The translations under genes were made by a program, and so were the position numbers. The notes below the pieces were generated by a model. It did not search any database, had not been told where the DNA came from, and saw only the letters and a program-made list of their open reading frames with translations. From NCBI GenBank assembly GCA_046538485.1, contig JBKHIT010000103.1, positions 1 to 10,308 on the forward strand: DNA of 10,308 nucleotides. The letters run 5' to 3'. This document shows positions 1-7,623 of this stretch, piece by piece; positions within the stretch are counted from its first letter, which is position 1; each line of letters begins with the position of its first letter. Origin of the DNA: Candidatus Brocadiia bacterium. GTDB taxonomy: Bacteria; Planctomycetota; Brocadiia; SM23-32.

Positions 1-41
1 GGATGGAACGACCTTTAAGCCTTGACAAAAGGCCTCATAGG

Positions 42-268
42 AGCCCCGGGCGATCGCGGGCTGTTGGGAGGAGCCCGGGGTTAGGGGTTTAAGAGGCGTG
101 CCAGCGGAGCGCGCGAACTATGTTCGCCGCGGCAAACTTGCCGCGCTCGCCTCCGGCGAAGCGATCCGCCTCCTTCGGCTGCTCCCCAACGGTAACCCGG
201 GGCTCGCTGGGCCAAACAACGGCCTCATTTCGCCCCGGGCTACATCTGCCACGCCCGCTCCGCGGGCT
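42..268. repeat. Palindromic REPIN/MITE-like element, copy A (202-bp core 42-243 plus right arm to 268)
   Basis: Core aligns without gaps to 10069-10270 (184/202 identical, manual count). Stems: CCCCGGGC(44-51)/GCCCGGGG(73-80), CGCGGCAA-AC-TTGCCGCG (128-145), TCGCC-TCC-GGCGA (147-159), CCCGGGGC(196-203)/GCCCCGGG(232-239). Ends in CTAC (GTAG on - strand) followed by GCCCGC-TCC-GCGGGC (253-267). Confidence 0.9.
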
Positions 269-473
269 TACCGACAGCACCAACGCTAAACGCACATACA
301 GACATCTTACCTGTCAACGGTTCAGTTGCGAGGGACTCCAGCGTTCCCGGGATAGGGAACGGAATCCGGGATGGCTCAATCCAGCATTGTGTTCCGAAGC
401 CGATTCGCCGGTACAGAACCGGCAGGTTTTATGCCCCCATTCCTTCCCCGGAAACTTTTTTCTCCCTTTTCCG

Positions 474-579
474 AAGGAAAATTAAGGAATTTGCGCCCGG
501 TGCGAGGGCAGAATCAGCCGGGATTTTCGTGGAATGTCCGGTTCTCGAGCAGAGAAAAGACCCACAGCGCAAATTCCTT
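474..579 (+). repeat. ~100-bp element with 13-bp terminal inverted repeats (MITE-like or cis-regulatory), copy A
   Basis: AAGGAATTTGCGC (484-496) and GCGCAAATTCCTT (567-579) are perfect inverted repeats. 474-576 matches the reverse complement of 9915-10017 at 91/103 positions with no gaps. Confidence 0.9.
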
Positions 580-613
580 TTTCCCATCTTCTGCTGCATC
601 GAATCCCGTCTGA

Positions 614-622
614 TGTTAAAAT
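614..622 (+). promoter_or_regulatory. Putative extended -10 sigma70 promoter for the GH57 gene
   Basis: TG-T-TAAAAT at 614-622, ~35 bp upstream of ATG 656; only a weak -35 (CTGCAT 594-599); GGGAG SD-like motif at 646-650. Confidence 0.4.
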
Positions 623-655
623 AAGTTCCCTTTACCTTTTGCCGCGGGAGAACAT

Positions 656-2200
656 ATGAATTATATCGCCATCTTCCACGCCAATCTTAACTATGCCTAC
701 CTTACCCCGGATCGCTATGAATACGTCATCCGCAATTCATATGAGCTCTTACTCGACACGATGCGCGAGCATTTTCCGGACACCAAATACGTCTTCGAAG
801 CGTCCGGGTACACCCTTGACACCATCGCCAATCTCACACCGGATGTGCTGCAGAAACTCCGTCAGGCCGTCGAATCCGGTCAATGCGAATTTATGGGATC
901 ACCATACGCCCATCCCATGCTCCCGAACTTCCCCAAAGAAGACGGTATCTGGTCGCTCCGATTCTCCCAGAAAACATACGAGTACCACCTCGGTCATCGG
1001 GCAAAAAGTTTCTGGAATCCCGAATGTGGCTGGCGCAGCTACGTCCCCGAACAGGCCGTCGAGACGGGTTACGAAAACCTCCTCGGGGATTTTGAAGCCT
1101 ACAGCCGGTCCTGTGACTCCGATGGCAACCCGTTACGCCCGGAGATCTACGAAAAAGAACAAAGCTCCGATGAAGCTTTCTACGATTTTGGATTCAACTA
1201 CGATCTGCCCGGGACTGAACGTGCCATACATTTCCCGTTCAAGAATCTGGCCTGTCTCCCCGAAGATTCCCTGCGCGTATTTCTGAGAACAGACCGTATC
1301 GCCCAGTTCGGCGTCCGGTTTTTCATGGGTATGGAAGACTACACCCTTGATAAATACCTCGCGCTGATACAAAAGTATTCCGCGCAACCGGACGACGAAT
1401 CCGAGGGAGCCCTCATTATTTTTGCCGACGACGCGGAATACATCGGCACAAACGGCTGGTTCCGGCTGAAATACCAGAGCCAACCCGATCACGTCTTCGA
1501 AAGAACCCCCGAATCCCGACAGAATCTGATAAACGTCATCGGGAAGGTCAAAGAAATGGGGGATTTCGTTACGTTCGACGAAGCATGTCGCGATATCGAC
1601 CCCATGGACGATCCGCTGGATTTCGATGACGATTCGGCCTGGCACGGTGCGCGCGCATCGCTCTGGGCGAAGACCCCTATGGCTCAGATGCTCCGTCCGT
1701 GGCAGAAACTTGTCCGCCAGAAACTGAAGAACGTTGAAGACAATGTTGATCCGGAACTCGCTGGCAAGGTCTGGTTCCATCTGACAAATTCATACAACTC
1801 AGACGGGCAATGGCCGCCGACGCTGCCGGAAGCGCCGCACATCATCCACCCGTTCAACTATCGATACTGTTTCGAAAACCTGTTACGTGCCGAAATGCTG
1901 CTCGGAGGCGTCGACCGATCCCGTCTCGATCTTGACCCCCAGCATACAGTCGAGAAGATACTTTCGATTCAGCAGGAACGTGTGTTGGAGAAAGCCAGCC
2001 AGCTCATGGAAGAGGGTGACAGGGAGGAAAAATCAAAGGCGCGCCTCGCAAGGAACCTGGTCGAAAAGTCGCGCCTGCCATTACCCGATCGGGCCGCCGC
2101 AGAAAACGTCCTCCGTCCATCCGATTACGCCGTCAGAGCCAATTCCCTCGCCGAAGCCCGCCGTCTGGTCGGAGGAATTAAGATTGAAGAAATCCCCTGA
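656..2200 (+). CDS. Glycoside hydrolase family 57 protein, alpha-galactosidase-like, 514 aa
   Basis: GH57 conserved regions in order: FHANLNY, EFMGSPYAHPMLP, FWNPE (candidate nucleophile E123), FADDAEY (candidate acid/base D259), YNSDGQW. SD GGGAG upstream. No signal peptide apparent. Confidence 0.85.
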   Translation: MNYIAIFHANLNYAYLTPDRYEYVIRNSYELLLDTMREHFPDTKYVFEASGYTLDTIANLTPDVLQKLRQAVESGQCEFMGSPYAHPMLPNFPKEDGIWSLRFSQKTYEYHLGHRAKSFWNPECGWRSYVPEQAVETGYENLLGDFEAYSRSCDSDGNPLRPEIYEKEQSSDEAFYDFGFNYDLPGTERAIHFPFKNLACLPEDSLRVFLRTDRIAQFGVRFFMGMEDYTLDKYLALIQKYSAQPDDESEGALIIFADDAEYIGTNGWFRLKYQSQPDHVFERTPESRQNLINVIGKVKEMGDFVTFDEACRDIDPMDDPLDFDDDSAWHGARASLWAKTPMAQMLRPWQKLVRQKLKNVEDNVDPELAGKVWFHLTNSYNSDGQWPPTLPEAPHIIHPFNYRYCFENLLRAEMLLGGVDRSRLDLDPQHTVEKILSIQQERVLEKASQLMEEGDREEKSKARLARNLVEKSRLPLPDRAAAENVLRPSDYAVRANSLAEARRLVGGIKIEEIP

Positions 2201-2349
2201 CAATGCCTCCGGGACGCATTCCGGAGATTCCCTGAACGGCCGATGGAATACCATGAGCAGATTGCAAACGCGACTCGGACCTGTTCTCTAAATCTGCATT
2301 CTCACCCGCTGCCGAACCGATCGAGCCGACCGACATTGAGGAGCGCAAA

Positions 2350-4509
2350 ATGGGTACGCAATCGGATGTGAAACCAATACCGTCCCCCGAAGACATCGAA
2401 CGCCTGCCAGAGGACGGTGGCGAAGATTTCAACCGGCTTGTCTTTGAGCAAAGCCCGTATCTTCTCCAGCACGCCCGAAACCCCGTAGATTGGTATCCAT
2501 GGGGCGATGAAGCTCTGCAGCGTGCTCGCGAACTGGAACGTCCCGTCTTCCTGTCAATCGGGTATTCTACCTGCCACTGGTGTCACGTAATGGCGCGGGA
2601 ATCCTTCGAGAACGCGGAGATTGCGGAAGTGCTGAACGAGGACTTTGTCCCTGTCAAAGTCGATCGGGAAGAACGCCCCGACATCGATCGCATCTACATG
2701 GACGCCTGCCAGAGGATAACGGGGCAGGGCGGGTGGCCGTTGACGATCCTGATGACGCCCGAGGGCAAACCCTTTTTTGCCGGCACGTATTTCCCTCCGG
2801 GAACGAGCGGAGGACGACAGGGCCTGAAACAGATTCTCGACCGGATCTCGGAAATGTGGGAGAATGAGCGGGAAAAAGTCAAAGGAAGCGCCGACAACAT
2901 TACAGAGGCGCTGACAGCTGAGGCAAAAATTGCCGGCGACGAAGAAATCGGCCTGGATGTGCTCCGCAGCGGGATCTCCGAGCTGGCGGAAAGGTTCGAC
3001 CGGCAGAATGGAGGGTTCGGATCGGGACAGAAATTTCCGAGCCCCCAAAATCTCCTTTATCTGCTTCGGGCTCACCACAGGAACGGCGATGCCAATACCC
3101 TCGAGATGGTTCGGAAAACTCTCGACGCAATGCGATTGGGGGGGATGTACGATCATGTCGGAGGCGGTTTCCACAGGTATGCTACCGACCCCGAGTGGAA
3201 AGTGCCGCATTTTGAAAAGATGCTCTACGATCAGGCAATGCTGCTCGTCGCCTACTCAGAAGGTTATCAGGTGATGGGAAAACAACTTTACGCGGATACA
3301 ATCCGCCAAACGATCGACTTCGTCAATCGCGACCTGCGCGCAGCTGACGGGGGATACTACTCCGCTCTGGACGCAGAATCGGAAGGCGAAGAGGGAAAAT
3401 TCTACGTCTGGGACCGGGAAGAATGGATCGATACGATAGGGAACCCACAGGGCGAATCTCTGGCGAACGTCTTCAATCTGACGGAAGACGGGAACTACCG
3501 GGACGAACCGACGGGACAGAAAACCGGTTCCAACATCCCGTATCTCGGCCGGCCGTTTGACGAAGCATCTGAGGACCAGGACCCGGATAGAGAAGCCCTC
3601 CGTAAAACCTGGGAAACTGCCCGTCAGAAACTGCTGAAAAGACGAGAAGGACGGCCCCACCCGTTCCGCGATGATAAGATCCTGACAGCATGGAACGGAC
3701 TTGTGATCGCCGGGTTAGCAAGAGCTGGCATTGTCCTGGATGAGCCCGGTTATATCACAACAGCCCGGCGGACGGCGGATTTCCTTCTCGATAACGTATC
3801 CACGTCAGATGGCCGTTTGCTGCGAAGCTATCGCGACGGCGAGGCCAGCGGCTGCGCGGTGGTTGACGATTATGCGTTTCTCGCGTGGGGTCTGATCGAA
3901 CTGTATGAAGCCAGTTTTGAAGAAAAATATCTGAGAGAAGCTCTGCGAATCAGCAATAAAATGTATGAACTATTCTGGGACGAGCAGAGCGGCGATTTGT
4001 ATTTCACCCCGGAGGGAGCCGAGCGCCTTTTCACCCGACCAAAAGAATTCTACGATGGAGCACTTCCGTCCGGGAACTCGGTGGCCGCCTGGAATTTGTT
4101 GCGTCTGAGCCACATGAGCGACCGAACCGAAATGCAAGAACTTGGCCGTCGGATCCTCCGATCAGCAGCCCCTAAAGTGCGGCAAATACCGTCCGGATAC
4201 ACTCAGATGCTTGTCGCAGCTGATTTTGACAGCGGTCCCGTACGAGAAGTCGTGGTGTCAGGGTCGGAGAATGACACCAGGACAAGAAATCTGATTCAGG
4301 TCATCCGGAATCGCTACCTGCCGCGGTCAGTGCTATTTTTGCGAAGACCCGAGGCGGAAGAACTTGTCGAGCTGGCACCGTTTACGGAACCACAGAATAC
4401 CATAGGGGGGGTTCCGGCGGTCTACATCTGTCGGAATTTTACATGCCAGAAGCCTGTGACGGATCCGGGAGAACTGGAGGAAGTGCTGGCTGCAGAAAGC
4501 GAAGCATAA
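2350..4509 (+). CDS. YyaL/SSP411 (SPATA20-like, DUF255) thioredoxin-domain protein with six-hairpin glycosidase-like domain, 719 aa
   Basis: Family signatures [37 protein letters not shown] (CxxC), [45 protein letters not shown]-like [52 protein letters not shown] at 2338-2343. Confidence 0.95.
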   Translation: MGTQSDVKPIPSPEDIERLPEDGGEDFNRLVFEQSPYLLQHARNPVDWYPWGDEALQRARELERPVFLSIGYSTCHWCHVMARESFENAEIAEVLNEDFVPVKVDREERPDIDRIYMDACQRITGQGGWPLTILMTPEGKPFFAGTYFPPGTSGGRQGLKQILDRISEMWENEREKVKGSADNITEALTAEAKIAGDEEIGLDVLRSGISELAERFDRQNGGFGSGQKFPSPQNLLYLLRAHHRNGDANTLEMVRKTLDAMRLGGMYDHVGGGFHRYATDPEWKVPHFEKMLYDQAMLLVAYSEGYQVMGKQLYADTIRQTIDFVNRDLRAADGGYYSALDAESEGEEGKFYVWDREEWIDTIGNPQGESLANVFNLTEDGNYRDEPTGQKTGSNIPYLGRPFDEASEDQDPDREALRKTWETARQKLLKRREGRPHPFRDDKILTAWNGLVIAGLARAGIVLDEPGYITTARRTADFLLDNVSTSDGRLLRSYRDGEASGCAVVDDYAFLAWGLIELYEASFEEKYLREALRISNKMYELFWDEQSGDLYFTPEGAERLFTRPKEFYDGALPSGNSVAAWNLLRLSHMSDRTEMQELGRRILRSAAPKVRQIPSGYTQMLVAADFDSGPVREVVVSGSENDTRTRNLIQVIRNRYLPRSVLFLRRPEAEELVELAPFTEPQNTIGGVPAVYICRNFTCQKPVTDPGELEEVLAAESEA

Positions 4510-4531
4510 GAATTAGTATTGTAACGGGTGG

Positions 4532-4769
4532 TTGGATGCACCCCCATTTAGTCTTGGGCCTTACACCCGGAAGGAATTGTTCGTCAAATTCTGGGGCGCT
4601 CTTCAAAGCGTTTGGCGGTGGAAGAGCGGTTCCGACGAGTTATTTGATCGATCGGGAAGGAAACATGCGGAAAAAGTACGTCGGCGCCCGGCCATTCGCC
4701 ACTTTCGAGAAAGATATAAAAAAATTGCTGACCAGGAGCACGGCGGGTGGCAAGGCGCAGACACAATGA
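4532..4769 (+). pseudogene. Probable remnant of a TlpA/ResA-type thioredoxin-like disulfide reductase lacking the CxxC region
   Basis: Frame of ORF 4443 gives LFKAFGGGRAVPTSYLIDREGNMRKKYVGARPFATFEKDIKKLL (from 4599), a typical TlpA C-terminus with the cis-Pro VPT motif. Another frame (4532-4600) gives DAPPFSL...RKELFVKFWGA, resembling the TlpA N-terminal APxFxL...KVVLVNFWA. No WCxxC present. Confidence 0.65.
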
Positions 4770-4794
4770 GCGTGCCGGGGCTTTTCCTTAAGCA

Positions 4795-5937
4795 TCACAC
4801 CTGCGCGTAGTTCTGTCCCGGATACTGTTGGACCAAACCCCGTATCTCGAGTGTCAACAAAGTGCTTGATACCACGGACGCGGCCAGCCCGGTCCGCTCT
4901 ATCACTTCCTCGATGTGCACCGGCGATTCGTCCAGCATCTCGTAGATCTCCGTCTCCCGATCGTTCAACGTCAGCGCGCGGGCCTGCGATAGCGTCCGAC
5001 GGCTCTCGTTAGCGTCCTCATCATCAGGCGGCGTTCCGGGCAACTCCAGGGGCTGGGTCAGCGAGCCCAGTTCTTCGGCCAGTTCTCGTGGATCTTCCAC
5101 AAGCGTCACCCCATCCCGGATCAACTGGTGACACCCGTGACTCGTGGGAGAACTGACGGGGCCGGGCAATGCGAACACATCTTTGCCCTGTTCGCCGGCT
5201 TTTCGTGCCGTGATCAGACTCCCGCTCTGTTGTCCGGCCTCCACGACCAGCACTCCCAGCGAAAGACCGCTTATCAAACGGTTCCGCGGGGGGAAATGCC
5301 GCGCCAGCGGGGGGGCATCCATCGGCAACTCGCTCAACAGGACCCCGTTTTCTACCACATCCAGCGCCAGTTCCGGATCGTCAAGCGATTTCAGTTGCCC
5401 CAGCCCGCAACCCAACAGCGCGATCGTGCGCCCGCCTGCCTGAAGCGCCGCCCGGTGTGCCGCGGAATCGATACCACGCGCCAACCCACTCACAATCGTG
5501 AATCCCATCCCCACCAGCGACATCGCAAACCGCCGCGCCTGTTTGCGTCCGTAGTGCGTGCAATTGCGCGATCCAACAATAGCCAGACCGAGCGTGTCCT
5601 CCTCACGATACTCGCCCCTGATACGGAGCAGGGGAGGTGCCCCGAGTTCCAGATACCGCAACGCTTCGGGATATTCCTCTGATGTAATCGCCAGCAGTCG
5701 GGAATGCGTGCGTTCGAGGAGATCCAGCTCGATCTCCAGACGTTCCTCATTCGGACCTCTCCGAATGCGTGAAGCGAGCTGATCCCCGATACCGTCCACT
5801 TCTTTCAGCCGCGAGACCGGCGCCGAGAGCACTGCCTCCGCCGAACCAAATTCTTCAAGCAATTTGTGGATACACTGCGTGCCCACACCTTCGCAGATGG
5901 AAAGTTTCAAAAGCGCTAAAGATCCCTGATGATCCAT
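4795..5937 (-). CDS. dprA: DNA-protecting/processing protein DprA (Smf), ~380 aa
   Basis: N-terminal HhH/SAM-like part (LKEVDGIGDQLA), core motifs LAIVGSR, IVSGLARGID-AAH, FPPRNRLISGLS, VVEAGQQSGSLITA, VFALPG, GCHQLIRDG, and a C-terminal winged helix (LLTLEIRGLVQQYPG). ATG at 5937 preferred (AAGGGG upstream); alternative TTG at 5970 overlaps the aroB stop. Confidence 0.96.
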   Translation of the reverse strand: MDHQGSLALLKLSICEGVGTQCIHKLLEEFGSAEAVLSAPVSRLKEVDGIGDQLASRIRRGPNEERLEIELDLLERTHSRLLAITSEEYPEALRYLELGAPPLLRIRGEYREEDTLGLAIVGSRNCTHYGRKQARRFAMSLVGMGFTIVSGLARGIDSAAHRAALQAGGRTIALLGCGLGQLKSLDDPELALDVVENGVLLSELPMDAPPLARHFPPRNRLISGLSLGVLVVEAGQQSGSLITARKAGEQGKDVFALPGPVSSPTSHGCHQLIRDGVTLVEDPRELAEELGSLTQPLELPGTPPDDEDANESRRTLSQARALTLNDRETEIYEMLDESPVHIEEVIERTGLAASVVSSTLLTLEIRGLVQQYPGQNYAQV

Positions 5938-5966
5938 ACTGCTGTGTCCCCTTGAACGTCCCTCAG

Positions 5967-7058
5967 TCAATCGGCTCCACAGGCTTTGAGAGAATCCCGG
6001 AGTTCGTCGTCGCTCACGTCGTTTCGCACCTCAACTTCTCCCAGCTCCCGGGCGAGGATGAATCGAACGGTGCTACCGACCACTTTCTTATCCCATTTCA
6101 TCCGTTGCATCAGCTCATCGGCCGTGAGACCAGCGATCTCTGTCGGCACACTGAGCCGTTCCAGCAACGCGTTCTGGCGCCGGGTGTGTTCCTCGGGAAA
6201 CCCCGATTTATTCTCACTCAAATCCGCCGCCACCGCCATGCCAATCGCCACGGCTTCACCGTGACGGTACTCGCCGTAGGCACTGAGCGCTTCGATGGCG
6301 TGTCCGGCCGTGTGACCGTAATTCAAAATCGCCCGGATTCCCGTCTCGCGTTCGTCCTGACCGACAACCTGCGCCTTGATCTCGCAGGAACGATGGACGG
6401 CATGGACGACGGCCTGCGGGACGAGTTCCAGCAATGCCTCAAGATTCGTTTCAAGCCATTCGAAAAATTCCGCGTCCCAGATCACGCCGTATTTAATAAC
6501 CTCGACCAGTCCCGCGCGAAGCTCCCGTTTTGGAAGAGTTTCCAGAACCGAAGAATCGATGTAGACACCGATGGGCTGATGAAATGCACCGACCAGGTTC
6601 TTGCCCTGCGGCAGGTTCACGGCCGTCTTGCCGCCGACGCTGCTGTCGACCTGCGCGAGCATCGTGGTGGGGATCTGCAAACAGGGGATACCCCGCATGA
6701 ACGACGCCGCTACAAAGCCCGCAATGTCACCGACGACTCCGCCGCCGAGAGCAACGATAATCGATTGCCGGTCAAGACCGTCTTCGACAAGTTGTTCGCA
6801 GAGATTCCCGAAAACCGCGATGTTTTTCTGTTCTTCGCCCGGAGGAATGGTGAGCAATGTCAGGTCCAGACCGGTCTCCCGCAACGCCGAGGCCACGGCA
6901 TCGGCGTACACCGGGGCGACATTGTCATCCGTGATCACACCACATTTGGTCGGGGAAGAGAGCTTTTGTAGAAATGCTCCAACACCATCCAGACCTTCCG
7001 CTGAAAAACGGATAGGGTAGGACTGGTTCGGCAACTCAACCGATATTTCGTTTTCCAT
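5967..7058 (-). CDS. aroB: 3-dehydroquinate synthase, 363 aa
   Basis: Motifs GEEQK, LDRQSIIVALGGGVVGDIAGF, PTTMLAQVDSSVGGKTAVN, GKNLVGAFHQP, EVIKYG, LNYGHTAGHAIE, HGEAVAIGM, DKK. ATG at 7058 has a strong GGAGGTG SD, so the ORF-track extension to 7241 is unlikely. Confidence 0.97.
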   Translation of the reverse strand: MENEISVELPNQSYPIRFSAEGLDGVGAFLQKLSSPTKCGVITDDNVAPVYADAVASALRETGLDLTLLTIPPGEEQKNIAVFGNLCEQLVEDGLDRQSIIVALGGGVVGDIAGFVAASFMRGIPCLQIPTTMLAQVDSSVGGKTAVNLPQGKNLVGAFHQPIGVYIDSSVLETLPKRELRAGLVEVIKYGVIWDAEFFEWLETNLEALLELVPQAVVHAVHRSCEIKAQVVGQDERETGIRAILNYGHTAGHAIEALSAYGEYRHGEAVAIGMAVAADLSENKSGFPEEHTRRQNALLERLSVPTEIAGLTADELMQRMKWDKKVVGSTVRFILARELGEVEVRNDVSDDELRDSLKACGAD

Positions 7059-7098
7059 TCTCACCTCCCAAACCGCCGTTCGAAAACCCCCGGGCCAT

Positions 7099-7126
7099 AT
7101 AATAACGATATTCCCCCAATTCGCAA
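7099..7126 (-). promoter_or_regulatory. Putative sigma70 promoter for aroB-dprA
   Basis: On - strand TTGCGA (7126-7121), 16-nt spacer, TATTAT (7104-7099), ~40 bp upstream of the aroB ATG in a locally AT-rich patch. Confidence 0.45.
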
Positions 7127-7257
7127 GCCACAGTCTGCGAGGGCTCACGGCACTGCGCGCAGCGCGCCGGCTATGGGGTCCGGCAGTTGCTGGTGAACGG
7201 ATAACAAACTGGACCTGGTTTCTGGTTGATTGGTTCATCAACTAACCGCCGTTTGAT

Positions 7258-7281
7258 GTAGCACAGGCTCTCCAGCCTGTG
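7258..7281 (+). repeat. GTAG-type REP unit
   Basis: GTAG followed directly by the perfect 8-bp stem CACAGGCT-CTCC-AGCCTGTG, the canonical layout of GTAG-class REPs. Only one copy in the window. Confidence 0.6.
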
Positions 7282-7408
7282 GATCGGGCCGCAGGCCCGA
7301 AGTCGTTCTTGTGGCCGTATCGTCGTTCTGTCGTTCCGCTGTTTTGTCGTAACGCCGTTCCGCCGTTACTGACCTCTGTCCGTTCCTGACCTCTGGCCGT
7401 TCGCCGTT

Positions 7409-7623
7409 GAACCCGCGCAGCGGGTGAGCCGTTGGCTAGCCACGGGTGCAAACCCGTGGATCAGGTTGCGAGAAACACAATCCCGAACCCGCGCAGCGGG
7501 TGGCACCTGTTATGGTTTCGGCCGCCTGTGTCACCCCCTGCGGGGGTTCATCTTGGGCCCGAATGCCCCAAAACCCCGGGTTCGCACCCGGGGCTAGAAA
7601 GACCGCGCCCTCTGCGAGGGCTC
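7409..7623. repeat. Composite palindromic REPIN-like element (A-B-A / A'-B'-A' hairpins)
   Basis: GAACCCGCGCAGCGGGTG is repeated exactly at 7409-7426 and 7485-7502; inverted variants at 7532-7549 and 7606-7623. CCACGGGT-GCAA-ACCCGTGG (7440-7459) has an inverted variant CCCCGGGT-TCGC-ACCCGGGG (7574-7593); both are flanked by CTAG. Confidence 0.85.

Noticed and set aside
89..295. Similar small ORFs at 89-295 and 10017-10295 (SPGRN.A.VWPSEPRV)
   Set aside because: The similarity is simply translation of the 202-bp DNA repeat; frames and ends differ between copies.
342..430. Hairpins GTTCCC/GGGAAC and GCCGGT/ACCGGC as terminators or ncRNA
   Set aside because: Short 6-bp stems, weak U-tract, no upstream gene in view and no second copy for support.
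4770..4794. Bidirectional terminator between the convergent blocks
   Set aside because: No convincing stem-loop with U-tracts found in the gap.
5769..6971. 400-aa ORF on + strand
   Set aside because: Antisense shadow of aroB with no recognisable protein features.
7059..7241. 61-aa N-terminal extension of AroB in the ORF track
   Set aside because: Strong GGAGGTG SD before ATG 7058, homology starts there, and the extension covers a promoter-like region.
7409..7502. Possible CRISPR or attC array from the 18-bp repeats
   Set aside because: Only two direct units followed by inverted copies, structured spacers, no cas or integron integrase genes, no cassette ORFs.
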